64,000 nt of DNA from Candidatus Acidiferrales bacterium (GCA_963849395.1 CAWKHR010000009.1:55320-119319), one strand, 5' to 3'; counted from the stretch's first letter, positions 38,339-48,848 are shown. A program made the numbers and translations. The notes: generated from the sequence alone by a model not told the origin.

Positions 38339-39895
38339 ATGAAGCGGTCTTGGACAGCGATGGCCGTCGCCCTATTTGCGCTCGGCACGATTGCCGGATG
38401 CGGCGGCACCAACAATTCGATTCAGTACAACACCGGCTCGAGCATTACCAACATCGCGCCCTCTGGCACTGTTTTTGGTTCGGCTAGTTTCACGCTGACG
38501 GTCATCGCTAGCCCCGCGAACGGTTTTCAAGCCAACTCGGTCGCCGAATGGAATGGCCAGAAGTTGGCCACCATCGTCGTCGATACCACTACGCTGACCG
38601 CCACTGTGCCCGCCGCTTTGGTCGCTAAGCCCGGCACTGCCTACGTCAATACCTTCGCGCCACAATCCGGAACCGGCAACAACGGCTTGTCGAACGCTCT
38701 CACCTTTTTAATCTACGGCAATCCCAATCCGGTTCCCGTTCTCTCCTCGATCTCGCCCAACACCGCCAACACCTGCACTTCGAATTGTTCCAACGTGACC
38801 ATCACTCTCACCGGCTCCAGTTTCCTGCCAACTTCCACCAACGGTGGATCGAAGGTCACCTACACCGGCGCGGCCACCGGCCAGGTCGAAACCGCGATTA
38901 ACGTAACCAGCGTCAGCGGCACGCAAATTAAAGCGGTGATTCCCGGCACTTACTTGGCCGCAGCCGATACTGCCAAAATTAACGTCATCAATCCTCCCAG
39001 CGGCGTATGTGTTGTGAATTGCCCCAATCTGGGCGGTGGCGACACCAACGCGACTGCTCCCATCACCACGCAGACCTTTACCATTGGCGGTGGTGCGGCC
39101 CCGGCCAGCACAACCGCAACGGCAGCGACCGCCGAAGAAACTCCCGCCGTCAGCCAGGATGGACGCTACGTCGCATTCACCTCCGCGCAAAATGAGTTGA
39201 CGCAGATTTTTGTGCGCGACACCTGCGTCGGCGCGCCAAACGGCTGCACGCCAAAGACCCAACTTGTTTCCGCAGCCGCGGATGGGACCGACGGCAACGC
39301 CGAGAGCCACACGCCCTCGATGAGCGCGGATGGAAGATACGTCGCGTTCAGTTCAGCAGCGACAAATTTGGTGGAAGGCACGCTGACCAGTAGTGGCAAG
39401 CAAATTTATGTGCGTGATACGTGTGAAGGCGCATCGGGCTCCTGCACGCCTACAACGTCGTTGATTTCCACCGATCCCGGCGGCGCGTTAACTGGCACCG
39501 AAGCTATTCTGCCGTCGATTAGCGCCAGCGGAAGATTCGTCGCGTTCGTCGCGGTGACAAACAGTCTCGCCGCAAAGAGTGCCGCGACGGCGAGCGCCTC
39601 GGGCACGCCTGCCGCAACTCCAAATGCCGTCACCGCCGCAACACCCAACAGCGGCCTGCGCCAAGTCTTCATCCGAGACACCTGCCTAGGCGCAACCAGT
39701 TGCACTCCCAAAACCACGCGAATCTCGCTTCAACCCGGAGACGGCGCCAGCACCACGCCAAATCCCGCCGGCCCCGCCCTAAGCGGCTTAGCAAAACAAA
39801 TCGCCCTGCCAGACGCCAAAACCTCCACCGTCTTCACCACCTCAGTCCCAGTAGACGATCGCGTCTTCCTGGCAATCACCACCAACCCCAAATAA
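38339..39895 (+). CDS. lipoprotein with IPT/TIG-like Ig domains and TolB-like repeats
   Basis: aaggag RBS; lipobox ALFALGTIAGCGG; two Ig-like segments; three repeats of the type DGRYVAFTS / DGRYVAFSS / SGRFVAFVA. Confidence 0.7.
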   Translation: MKRSWTAMAVALFALGTIAGCGGTNNSIQYNTGSSITNIAPSGTVFGSASFTLTVIASPANGFQANSVAEWNGQKLATIVVDTTTLTATVPAALVAKPGTAYVNTFAPQSGTGNNGLSNALTFLIYGNPNPVPVLSSISPNTANTCTSNCSNVTITLTGSSFLPTSTNGGSKVTYTGAATGQVETAINVTSVSGTQIKAVIPGTYLAAADTAKINVINPPSGVCVVNCPNLGGGDTNATAPITTQTFTIGGGAAPASTTATAATAEETPAVSQDGRYVAFTSAQNELTQIFVRDTCVGAPNGCTPKTQLVSAAADGTDGNAESHTPSMSADGRYVAFSSAATNLVEGTLTSSGKQIYVRDTCEGASGSCTPTTSLISTDPGGALTGTEAILPSISASGRFVAFVAVTNSLAAKSAATASASGTPAATPNAVTAATPNSGLRQVFIRDTCLGATSCTPKTTRISLQPGDGASTTPNPAGPALSGLAKQIALPDAKTSTVFTTSVPVDDRVFLAITTNPK

Positions 39896-39904
39896 TCCAC
39901 CACC

Positions 39905-39937
39905 CTGTAGCTCACCCCTTCAGGGGTGAGGCCTTCC
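39905..39937 (+). repeat. REP-A element
   Basis: ctgtagCTCACCCCttcaGGGGTGAGgccttcc, 10 nt after the stop at 39895. Confidence 0.8.
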
Positions 39938-39986
39938 CCAACGCCCACCTCAATTTCTGCCCGTGCGCCGAAATCGCCGCCGCCCC

Positions 39987-40093
39987 GTCATTCCACTTGC
40001 CCAGAGCCTCGAAGGGAACGCAGTGAGGACTCTTCTCCATCGCGCGTACTAAGCGCGATGAATCCCTCTTCGATCGTTGAATCTTGCGTTGCC
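39987..40093 (+). repeat. REP-C element (long form)
   Basis: gtcattcc..gaagggaacgcagtgagga..gcgcgatgaatccctcttcgatcgttgaatcttgcgttgcc. Confidence 0.7.
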
Positions 40094-40152
40094 CGCCGCT
40101 CAATGCGGCTTTCCAAAAAAATCTCCACCCACTCAAACACACAGCAACCCCC

Positions 40153-40206
40153 GTCATTCCGAACGAAGTGAGGAATCCCTCTTCGATCGTCGAATCTTGC
40201 GTTGCC
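40153..40206 (+). repeat. REP-C element (compact form)
   Basis: gtcATTCCgaacgaagtgagGAATccctcttcgatcgtcgaatcttgcgttgcc; direct repeat of the right part of 39987-40093. Confidence 0.75.
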
Positions 40207-40245
40207 CTGTTATATCCCCACAGGAGCCTTACTGAATCCCTTCTC

Positions 40246-40285
40246 CAAACAAAAAACAAAAGGCGCGCCAATTTCAGCGCGCCCC
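40246..40285 (-). terminator. Rho-independent terminator of the DUF1501/DUF1800 operon
   Basis: On the minus strand GGCGCGC tgaaattg GCGCGCC followed by ttttgttttttgttt, about 50 nt after the stop at 40334. Confidence 0.7.
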
Positions 40286-40333
40286 TCGTTGTGTCTGTGC
40301 TCTCTCTCTGGTCAACAAATCCAACAAAAATTC

Positions 40334-41689
40334 CTATCCCAAAAATCCCAAATTCGTCGTCGGAAAATTCTTCAAATTCGGGAATATCGTCGGCAAATCC
40401 GCCGCCCCCACCCCGAACCATGATGCCAACGTCGCCCCATATTGATCCAGCGCCGTCGTCGGAATCCATCGCCCATTCTTGTCGGCGTCGTCTGGCCCGC
40501 CCAACGCCACCGTCGGGAACGTCCCGTACACCGAGTTTCCTTTCACCGCGCCGCCCAGAATCACTTGATGCGATCCCCAGGCATGGTCCGTGCCGCCATT
40601 CGATCCCGGCTCCAGCGTGCGGCTGAATTCCGACAGCGTAAACGTCGTGACCGAATTCGATACGCCCAATTCCAGCGTGGCGTCGTAGAAGGAAGACATT
40701 GCCTGGCTCAACTGCGTCATCAATTGCGTTTGCTGCGCCAGTTGATCGCTGTGCGTATCGAATCCTCCATACGCACAGAAGAAAATCTGCCGGCCCATCC
40801 CCAGCGCACTTTTCACCGCAATGACTTGCGCCACCTGTTGCAACTGCTGCGCGATGTACGTATCCGGAAACTTGGTCTGCAACGTCGGCGCCGATTTCAG
40901 CGCATCCGACAGCACCACGGAATATTGCACCGCTTGTCCCGTCACTTTATTCGCGGCCTGCACCATCGAGAGTCCGCTATCAAACGTTAGCAACTGTTGC
41001 GTCGCCAAAAACCGCGCCTGCGAAGCCGCCGAAGTATCGAAGCCCTGCAAGCCGGGAGTCTGCCCGGGATTCATGGTGAACGGGTTGGTCGTATCGCCAG
41101 TGCAGAAAATCGCGTTGCCCGAGATCGACAATACCGGCGGAAGGAGTGCGCCAGAATTCAGCGAAGCTTGCACGCTGTCCGCAACCTTACCAGCCCACCC
41201 GGCATTCGGTGTGCCCATCAACTGCGCGCTCTGCCACTGGTCCTGTTGATCGGAGTGCGAAAAAAGGTTCTCCGGCAGATTTTGATATTTCTGATACGCC
41301 GCCTGTGTCGTTGGCTGCACCAGCGTGCCGACGTTGGCCAGCACCGCAAGATTTTTCTGATTGTTAAAGAAGCCTTGCAGCTCCGGCAAATTCGGATGAA
41401 ATCCATAAGGAGCTTGATTGCCCATTTGCATCGGCAGCAGCGCGCCCTGCGGAATAGCCAGCGTGGGGCGTGCTTGCTGATATCCCGTATAGCGCGAATC
41501 GATCGGCACCACCATGTTGTTTGAATCGTTTCCGCCAAACATGAAAATGCACACCAGCGCCTTGTAGCCCGGCGTTCCTTGCGCCAGCGCGCTTACTAAT
41601 CCGAATTTGCTTAGCCCGCTGACCATCGATGCGCCCGCCGCCGAGCAGCAGGTCAGCCGCATGAAATCTCTTCGCGTGTGTCGTGACAT
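40334..41689 (-). CDS. DUF1501 domain protein (sulfatase-like fold) with Tat signal
   Basis: MSRHTRRDFMRLTCCSAAGA (twin-Arg); ..LVCIFMFGGNDSNNMVVP..GGFDTHSDQ..GTDHAWGS.. hallmark motifs. Confidence 0.8.
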   Translation of the reverse strand: MSRHTRRDFMRLTCCSAAGASMVSGLSKFGLVSALAQGTPGYKALVCIFMFGGNDSNNMVVPIDSRYTGYQQARPTLAIPQGALLPMQMGNQAPYGFHPNLPELQGFFNNQKNLAVLANVGTLVQPTTQAAYQKYQNLPENLFSHSDQQDQWQSAQLMGTPNAGWAGKVADSVQASLNSGALLPPVLSISGNAIFCTGDTTNPFTMNPGQTPGLQGFDTSAASQARFLATQQLLTFDSGLSMVQAANKVTGQAVQYSVVLSDALKSAPTLQTKFPDTYIAQQLQQVAQVIAVKSALGMGRQIFFCAYGGFDTHSDQLAQQTQLMTQLSQAMSSFYDATLELGVSNSVTTFTLSEFSRTLEPGSNGGTDHAWGSHQVILGGAVKGNSVYGTFPTVALGGPDDADKNGRWIPTTALDQYGATLASWFGVGAADLPTIFPNLKNFPTTNLGFLG

Positions 41690-41703
41690 CTTCCGTCTCT
41701 CCC

Positions 41704-44433
41704 TTAGTGCTGAACCTGGTACATCGAAGACGACGTGACCAGATATATCCCCGCTTTGGCTTGGCCCTTCGTATCGCTGGGGTCTACGGCACTGATCGCG
41801 GTGCTGATGGTCTGCGCCATCGAATCTGGCACCGGTCCGTGCAGGAAAAGTGTGCCCAGCCAGGCCAGCATCTGTGTTGGCGTTCCCGCATTCACCACTG
41901 GACTGAAATCAAGTTGCGTATTAGAGCCAATCGCGCCGTACACCGTATCGCTGATGAAATTGGCGCGCGCCAAGCTGGTATTGGTATTAAAGATGGCGAA
42001 TTCCGGACCGTTCAGCGTCGTTCCTGAAATTGGGTTCACCGGCGGAAAGAAATTGAATACCGTCGGCGGAAAGAAAACGTCTTGCGACATCTGGTCGCTC
42101 TCGTAAGGCAGACCGGCGCCGTCCGTGCGCGCATGAAACGCCCGCGCGATGCCAATTTCCATCACCAGCGGTTCGCGCAACTTGCCATCCGTCGCCACCA
42201 CCGTGGCCGCCACGTCGCCGCGCCGCGCTTCCGGATCCAGCAGAATTGCCGCCACCGTGGCCTGCATGTCGCCACGATTCCCGGATCCATACGTATTAAA
42301 TTTTCCGGTATTAAACGCTGCCGCCACACGTTGCACGTATCCCGGACTCGGATTACTGGTCACCAACTTTTCAATCAGCTGTTGGCTAACGAACGGCCCG
42401 ACGTTTGGATGATTGAAAATAATTGTCAGCACTGACGTGAGATCCGCTTCCGCCGTCTGGCCTCCAGGAATGGATTGGCCCAGGAAAGTTTTGGCGCCCA
42501 TGTCGTGGTTCGATTCCACCGCCACCATCGGCCCGCCGTAGTACGAAGGATTGTGATTCTGCGCGGATTTTCCCGGCTCAACCGGATACGTCCAGCCCGT
42601 AAACGCCCGGCCCAGCGCCATCACGTCATCCTGCGTGTACGTAGGAATCGGATTGCCCGTACCGTCGAGTGCTGAAGTGCCATCTGGATTCAGTTGATTG
42701 AGCCCCAGGCAGAATAGCTGCATGACTTCGCGCGCGTAATTTTCGTTGGCGTGCTGCCCGGCTGGCGGCGCATCGTTATCCACCATGTCCAGGTAGTGCC
42801 CCATCGCCGGAGTCAGCGTAACGTCATTCATCAAGTTGAAATAGTTGCCGAGCGCATCCTTGCTCAACGTATTCAAATAATTGGTGTAGCCCACCGGATC
42901 GCTTACCTTGTCGGCGCCCACCACCCACATTTCATTCAGCGCAAACGCCACTCGCTCGCGCAATTGATCGCCGCCCGCAATGTTGTTCAGGAAGAACCGA
43001 TTCTGCAGATCGTACACCGTGGATTTCTGCAACGGTGGCGTGTACGGCGTGACCGTCGACGCAAACTGGTTCTGCAGATAAAGATCAAAGCCCAGTTGCT
43101 GCAATTGATTCAGTGATTCCGGATCAGGTCCAAACGAAGACTGCTCCAAGAAACGCGCAGCCGCTTCTGCTGGAGTCGCCGCACTGCTGCTCAGCACTTG
43201 CTCGGAAAGGGAGCCCGATGTTCCGCCCCCGGGCGTCGGGTTGGTGACCACCACCGGAACGTTGGTGCCCGCCTGCGCCGCCGTCACCGTGCCAATCGCC
43301 GTAATCATATTCGAAGTTACATATGTAACGCTGAGCGGCTGGCCGCCAAACGTCGCCGTCGACGTGCTCACAAATCCAGTTCCGTACAGTGTCAACTGAA
43401 ATGGTCCGGCGCCCAGCTGTACCGGCGTGATCGAAGTAAGCACCGGAACAGGATTCTGCAGCGTCACCGCGGCGCTCCCGCTCTTCGCCGGATTCGCCAG
43501 GCTGGTCGCCGTAATTGTCACGCTGTTCGGCGTTGGCGTGGCGTACGGCGCGGTGTAAATTCCATTCGAATTGATGTAGCCCAAAGTTTTATTTCCGCCG
43601 ATCACGCCATTCACTGACCATGTGACATCCAGATCCGTGGTGTTGGTCACCGTGGCAATAAATTGCGCCAGGTTGCCGGCGCCAACCGACGCCGTCGCAG
43701 GGGTTACCGTCACCGTCACGTTGGGATTCGGCGTGGAGACTTGCACTGTGAATGGCGCCGACAAAACCGAGCCCGGCGCTGGATTCTGCACCGTAATCGC
43801 AATCGGCCCAGCCTGCGCAGGCGTAGCCGTGCCCATAGCCGTAAGCTGCGTCGGCGAAAGCCACGTAGTCGGCAGCGCCGTGTTGCCAAAATTCACCACC
43901 GCGCCTTGCGCGAATTGCGTGCCGCTCACCGTCAACGTGAACGTGCCGATATCGATGGGCGCTGGTGTTACCGCGGTGATTTGTGGAACCGGATTTTGCA
44001 GCGTCAGGCTGGCCGTCGCCGATTTTGTCGCGTCCGCAACTTCGGCAACCGCAACCGTCACCGGTCCCGTGGCCGGCGGAAATAGTGGAGCAGTATAAAG
44101 TCCAGCGGCGCTGATCGTTCCGGTATCTGGATCGCCACCAACAACGCCGTTCACCGCCCAGGTAAACGCAGGCGTGCTGCCATCACTTGTTTTGGCCGCA
44201 TATTGTTGCGACGAGCCGCCGCGCAGCGTGGACGTCCCGGGCGTAAGTGTCAGCGTAAAAGGTTGCGGCGTGGGAGTGGGAGTCGGCGTGGGCGTCGGCG
44301 TTGGTGTAGGAGACTTCAGCGAACTGATATTCGCTTGTGCGCAGCCGCCAAGGACCAGCGCGAACAGGATGAGCAGAGCGAGACTCTGGCGCTTCACAGA
44401 ATTCCCCCGTAAGGTTCGCCGCGCTCCTGCCAT
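41704..44433 (-). CDS. DUF1800 domain protein with N-terminal Ig-like repeats (lipoprotein)
   Basis: Lipobox LILFALVLGGCAQ, (TP)n linker, BIG2/IPT-like repeats (WAVNGVVGGD.., WSVNGVIGGN..), C-terminal DUF1800-like region. 14-nt gap to the DUF1501 gene, the usual pairing. Start ATG 44433 or GTG 44397. Confidence 0.75.
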   Translation of the reverse strand: MAGARRTLRGNSVKRQSLALLILFALVLGGCAQANISSLKSPTPTPTPTPTPTPTPQPFTLTLTPGTSTLRGGSSQQYAAKTSDGSTPAFTWAVNGVVGGDPDTGTISAAGLYTAPLFPPATGPVTVAVAEVADATKSATASLTLQNPVPQITAVTPAPIDIGTFTLTVSGTQFAQGAVVNFGNTALPTTWLSPTQLTAMGTATPAQAGPIAITVQNPAPGSVLSAPFTVQVSTPNPNVTVTVTPATASVGAGNLAQFIATVTNTTDLDVTWSVNGVIGGNKTLGYINSNGIYTAPYATPTPNSVTITATSLANPAKSGSAAVTLQNPVPVLTSITPVQLGAGPFQLTLYGTGFVSTSTATFGGQPLSVTYVTSNMITAIGTVTAAQAGTNVPVVVTNPTPGGGTSGSLSEQVLSSSAATPAEAAARFLEQSSFGPDPESLNQLQQLGFDLYLQNQFASTVTPYTPPLQKSTVYDLQNRFFLNNIAGGDQLRERVAFALNEMWVVGADKVSDPVGYTNYLNTLSKDALGNYFNLMNDVTLTPAMGHYLDMVDNDAPPAGQHANENYAREVMQLFCLGLNQLNPDGTSALDGTGNPIPTYTQDDVMALGRAFTGWTYPVEPGKSAQNHNPSYYGGPMVAVESNHDMGAKTFLGQSIPGGQTAEADLTSVLTIIFNHPNVGPFVSQQLIEKLVTSNPSPGYVQRVAAAFNTGKFNTYGSGNRGDMQATVAAILLDPEARRGDVAATVVATDGKLREPLVMEIGIARAFHARTDGAGLPYESDQMSQDVFFPPTVFNFFPPVNPISGTTLNGPEFAIFNTNTSLARANFISDTVYGAIGSNTQLDFSPVVNAGTPTQMLAWLGTLFLHGPVPDSMAQTISTAISAVDPSDTKGQAKAGIYLVTSSSMYQVQH

Positions 44434-44601
44434 GCCAGCACATACCAATGCAGGCGGGTCAGAAGCCTGGAAAGTGATGCAAAATCTACGGCGGGACTGG
44501 TTCAGGAAGGGTATGTGTTACGCCCATGACTAACTACTGTTCAACCGGCCAGAACAAGGCCAACTGTCCCCGCGATGCCTCCTCCTCTTCTTCTCCGCCT
44601 A

Positions 44602-44629
44602 TGTAGGGGCCGGGCTTCAGCCCGGCACC
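44602..44629 (+). repeat. REP-A element (different stem)
   Basis: tgtagg GCCGGGCttcaGCCCGGC acc. Confidence 0.7.
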
Positions 44630-44786
44630 ACCCCATCTCGTCCCGCTTTAGCCGCTGAACTCGACCCACCCGCGCCTGGTAGCGCCGGCTGCCAGCCGGC
44701 CCAAGGTAACTTCCAGCCCTCCTCCGCCGGGTGCCCGCACACGCCGCCTTCACGTGTGGGGCTTTTCTCCCAATCTCAACTCCCCT

Positions 44787-44900
44787 CACTGTCTTCCACC
44801 GCCAACGACACCCGTCATCCCGAGCGCAGTGACCCGGCCTTTTCTTCGCGCCGTCTTTCGGCGCGCCGGGTCACGAAGCCGAGGGATCCCTCTTCGATTT
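44787..44900 (+). repeat. REP-C element with leader (long hairpin form)
   Basis: cactgtcttccaccgccaacgacacc-cgtcATCCCgagcgcaGTGACCCGGCc..gGCCGGGTCACgaagccgagGGATccctcttcgat. Confidence 0.75.
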
Positions 44901-44989
44901 CCCCATGGACTCAGAACGTCACGTACGTCCACACTCCGCTCTTACTTCCACAAATTGACTCTTCTTTTCTCCCCGGAGTATTTTCAACC

Positions 44990-45888
44990 ATGCCCGAACT
45001 CCCCGACATCGCCGCCTACCTCACCGCCCTCGAACCACGCATCCTCAACCAGCCTCTCCACCGCGTCCGCGTCGCCGGCCTGCTCCTTCTCCGCACCGCG
45101 CAACCGCCCATCACCACCGTCGACGGCCTCACCGTCCGCAAACTCCGCCGCATCGGCAAACGCATCGCCTTCGGCTTCGACCGCGATCTCTGGCTCGTTC
45201 TTCATCTGATGATTGCCGGCCGCCTGCACTGGCGCCCGCAAAACGCAAAACTCGCAGGTCGCAACAATCTCGCCGCCTTCGATTTTCCCAACGGCTCGCT
45301 GCTCCTCACCGAAGCCGGCACAAAACATCGCGCCTCGCTGCATCTTCTCGTCGGTGAAACGGTCTTCACTCCATCGATCCCGATGGCCTGGAAATTTTCT
45401 CCGCCGATCTCGATTCCTTCCACGCCGCACTCACTGCCGAAAATCGCACGCTCAAACGCGCGCTCACCGACCCGCGCATCCTCAGCGGCATCGGCAACGC
45501 CTACTCCGACGAAATCCTCCACGCCGCCAAACTTTCTCCCATCGCGCTCACCCACAAATTGCAACCCGCCGAATGGCAAACACTCTTCAATGCCACCCGC
45601 GACACCCTCACTCTCTGGATCAACAAACTTCGCGCCGAAGCCGCCACAAATTTCCCGGAAAAGGTTACTGCCTTCCGCCCAGACATGGCCGTTCACGGAC
45701 GCTATCGCCAGCCCTGCCCCCGTTGCGGCAACGAAATTCAACGCATCCGCTACGCCGACAACGAGACCAACTACTGCCCGCACTGCCAAACCAACGGCAA
45801 ACTCCTCGCCGACCGCAGCCTCTCCCGTCTTCTCCGCGACGACTGGCCCCGCACCCTGGCCGAACTGGAATCTCTAAAGCGCCGCTAA
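44990..45888 (+). pseudogene. Fpg/Nei family DNA glycosylase, one frame break
   Basis: [44 protein letters not shown] then a 1-nt frame slip at gaaac (45356-45360) into [71 protein letters not shown] (H2TH and zinc finger). Confidence 0.85.
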
Positions 45889-45911
45889 CTCCCGGCGCGT
45901 GGCGCCAAAAC

Positions 45912-45938
45912 CGTAGGGGCACGATACATCGTGCCCCC
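45912..45938 (+). repeat. REP-A-like hairpin
   Basis: cgtagGGGCACGatacatCGTGCCCc, 24 nt after the Fpg stop. Confidence 0.65.
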
Positions 45939-45984
45939 GGTCCGCAAGATCAACCGCAACCGCCGTCCTCTACTTGATATTCGA

Positions 45985-46539
45985 CTACTTGATATTCGCC
46001 GGGCAGTTCGGCGGCGCTGTGAGCGCGTCAATCCGCCGCGCCGCACCCGCTGGTATAAGTTGAACCGCGATGTTCGTCGCCGTGACTGTGCCTTCATTCC
46101 GAATGATGTGCGTGTGGCTACCGCCGGCATCCACGAACGACATTCCTTGTGTGTATACGTGCGGCTTGCAGTCCGGATCGTCACTCTCGTAGTCCGTAAG
46201 CGTTCCCGCCGTCACGATAATCAGGCTGTGTCCAGGATGCGAATGCCACCCGGTACTCCCTCCCGCTGCCCATGTATTGCTCTGCACGTAAAGGTCGGAT
46301 GATCCCTTCGTCTTTTGCATCGATATCCATACATTCTTGTCCTTGTCCTCGTCCTCATCGGTGGTGGTCGGCGCCAGTATGGCGTGATTAAAAACGTCGA
46401 ATGAACCCAGTGTGCCCTTGGCCAGCGTTATCGCTGTGAATCCATTCGCCCCTGTCGCCCCGACACTTCTTGCGTAGTGATGCGCCACGACCAACAGCGC
46501 TGCTGTGAATATTACGAATAGCGTCAATTTTTTCTTCAT
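45985..46539 (-). CDS. secreted cupin-domain protein
   Basis: ATG 46539 after aaggag; signal MKKKLTLFVIFTAALLVVA; ..GGSTGWHSHPGHSLIIVTAGTL..GGSHTHIIRNEG (cupin His motifs). Confidence 0.75.
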   Translation of the reverse strand: MKKKLTLFVIFTAALLVVAHHYARSVGATGANGFTAITLAKGTLGSFDVFNHAILAPTTTDEDEDKDKNVWISMQKTKGSSDLYVQSNTWAAGGSTGWHSHPGHSLIIVTAGTLTDYESDDPDCKPHVYTQGMSFVDAGGSHTHIIRNEGTVTATNIAVQLIPAGAARRIDALTAPPNCPANIK

Positions 46540-46752
46540 GACTGTCTCCTTTTTCGTTTTCGGCGTCGCCGGTTGGAGACGCCCGGTCACCTTCCGCCAC
46601 CTTGCTACCGGTGGTCAAACTGGAAGGTGCGGTGTCCAGCCTGTTTGCCCTTCGTGCCGTCGAATACCGCCTTTTGCCGTCCCTCAATTGTGGAGTTACA
46701 ATCGGGCGCCCGGTCGACCGCACCACACCCCGGGCACCTTCAGGAGACCGCG

Positions 46753-48843
46753 ATGGGCGAACCCCCAGCGAGCACACCGCCATCCGTAACACCGCCCGAA
46801 GACCGCCTCGACTCCTGGAAGGAAATTGCCACCTACCTCAACCGCGATGTCACCACCGTACAACGGTGGGAAAAGCGCGAGGGAATGCCGGTTCACCGCC
46901 ACCTTCACGATCGCATGGGCTCCGTCCACGCCTCTCGCACCGAGCTAGATGCCTGGACCCGCAGCCGCAATCTCCCTCCTGCACAAGAAATCGCCAACAA
47001 TACTCCCGCGTCATTTCCGTCCGCACTTCCGGGCGCAAGTTCTTCCGCTACGCCACAGCCCTCGGCGTCGCCAGCGCTATCGGAATCTCGCACCAACACT
47101 AAATGGAAGTGGCTCATGCCGCTGACCGCCGTAGTAGCCGCACTGGCGATTGGCACAATTCTTTGGTTACAGAAGAAGGAATACTTCTGGCGAAACCCAA
47201 TCGCCGACGCACGCTTCCAACCGGTCACGGATTTCGATGGCACCGCACAAGCCGCGGCCGTCTCTCGCGACGGACATTTCGTTGCGTTTCTCTCGGACCG
47301 CGACGGACAAATGGACGTTTGGGTTACTCAGGTCGGTTCCGGACAGTTTCACAATCTCACCCGCGGCAGTGCACCGGAACTCGTCAATCCATCCGTCCGC
47401 ACTCTGGGCTTCTCGCCCGACGGCTCTCTCGTCACTTTTTGGATTCGCAAGCAAAATGGCTCGAGTGGCAACGGCGGCGACATCAGCATCTGGGCGGTGC
47501 CCACGCTTGGCGGCCAGCCAACTCCCTATCTCGAAGGTGTGGCCGAGTTCGATTGGTCGCACGACGGCTCCCGCCTGACGTATCACACTCCCGGACCAGG
47601 AGATCCGCTGTTCGTGTCCGATGGCGGCAAGCGCTCGGACGCTCAACCTATCTTCACTGCGCCCGCCGGATTGCACAGTCACTTTCCATCGTGGGCGCCC
47701 GACGCAGCATTCATCTACTTCGTTCTGGGTACTCTCCCAGACAAATTGGACATCTGGCGCATCGCGCCAACGGGCGGCACTCCGGAACGGATTACATCCC
47801 ATTTCGGCCGCGTCACTCATCCTGTGTTTTTGGATCGACGCACCCTGGTGTACCTCGCTAGCGATCCCGACGGTTCCGGACCGTGGCTTTATAGTGAGGA
47901 CGTCGAGCGCCGCATTCCCCACAAGTTGAGCGCCGGCCCGGGACGGTACACATCGTTAGCTGCAAGTGCCGACGGCCGTCGATTGGTCGCCACCCTCGCG
48001 AGTCCGAAAAGAACACTCTGGCGCCTCCAGATCGCAAATTCACCTGTCGAGGCCTCAGCGGTCAATCAAATCTCCCTAACTTCCACGACGGGGTTTTCGC
48101 CGCGACTCGGCCCCGACTATCTTCTATATATCTCAGCGACCGGCACCAGCGAGAGCATCTGGAAACTCGTCAACCGAACGGGAACGCAATTGTGGAGCGC
48201 TCAAGGAGCGCGTATCTTTGGCGGCCCGGCTATTTCACCCGACGGGCAACGTATCGCGTTCTCGGTTCGACAAAACGGGCAAGCTTTGTTGTACGTCATG
48301 CAAGCCGACGGCTCTAAGGCTCGCATTGTTGCCGATTCGCTCGACCTGCAGGGCGGCCCCGCATGGACTTCGGACGGTCTATCGATCACCTCCGCAGCAT
48401 TGGATCACGGAGTCCCGCATCTTTACCGCGTGCCGCTTGACGGTCGCTCTCCTGCCACTCTTGTCCAGGAATACTCGGTCGATCCCGTTTGGGCCCCCGA
48501 CGGCCAGTTCGTGGTGTACTCAGGCCCCGACATCGGCACAACATTTCCATTGAAGTCCGTCACCGCCAGCGGCGCTGTGCGTCCCTTGCCAACTCTTACC
48601 CTGACTCGGGGCGCTCGCCATCTAGCCATTCTCCCCGGAGGACGCTCCCTCGTGCTCCTGCGCGGCGAGATTCAACACAAAAATCTATGGCGCATCGACC
48701 TCGATACCGGTGCCGAAACCCAGTTGACCAATCTTCCCGCCGACTTCGACATTCGCGACTTCGACATTTCCCCAGACGGCCGCGACGTCGTCCTGGAACG
48801 CACCCAAGAACATTCCGACATAGTTCAACTCGATCTTCCCTGA
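46753..48843 (+). CDS. membrane-anchored TolB-like beta-propeller protein with N-terminal HTH-like motif
   Basis: ATG 46753 after aggag; DSWKEIATYLNRDVTTVQRWEKREGMPVHR, one TM (WLMPLTAVVAALAIGTILWL), repeated DG..VAF/..SPDG..I.F propeller blades. Confidence 0.75.
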   Translation: MGEPPASTPPSVTPPEDRLDSWKEIATYLNRDVTTVQRWEKREGMPVHRHLHDRMGSVHASRTELDAWTRSRNLPPAQEIANNTPASFPSALPGASSSATPQPSASPALSESRTNTKWKWLMPLTAVVAALAIGTILWLQKKEYFWRNPIADARFQPVTDFDGTAQAAAVSRDGHFVAFLSDRDGQMDVWVTQVGSGQFHNLTRGSAPELVNPSVRTLGFSPDGSLVTFWIRKQNGSSGNGGDISIWAVPTLGGQPTPYLEGVAEFDWSHDGSRLTYHTPGPGDPLFVSDGGKRSDAQPIFTAPAGLHSHFPSWAPDAAFIYFVLGTLPDKLDIWRIAPTGGTPERITSHFGRVTHPVFLDRRTLVYLASDPDGSGPWLYSEDVERRIPHKLSAGPGRYTSLAASADGRRLVATLASPKRTLWRLQIANSPVEASAVNQISLTSTTGFSPRLGPDYLLYISATGTSESIWKLVNRTGTQLWSAQGARIFGGPAISPDGQRIAFSVRQNGQALLYVMQADGSKARIVADSLDLQGGPAWTSDGLSITSAALDHGVPHLYRVPLDGRSPATLVQEYSVDPVWAPDGQFVVYSGPDIGTTFPLKSVTASGAVRPLPTLTLTRGARHLAILPGGRSLVLLRGEIQHKNLWRIDLDTGAETQLTNLPADFDIRDFDISPDGRDVVLERTQEHSDIVQLDLP

Positions 48844-48848
48844 CCGTT

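Noticed and set aside
39912-40469. 185-aa ORF (-) and overlapping + ORFs across 39.9-40.6 kb
   Set aside because: They run through three REP copies and a canonical terminator, so they are translation artefacts of repeat DNA.
44270-44310. GC-rich dinucleotide-codon microsatellite
   Set aside because: It encodes the (Thr-Pro)n linker after the lipobox of the DUF1800 protein. This is a coding low-complexity linker, not an independent repeat element.
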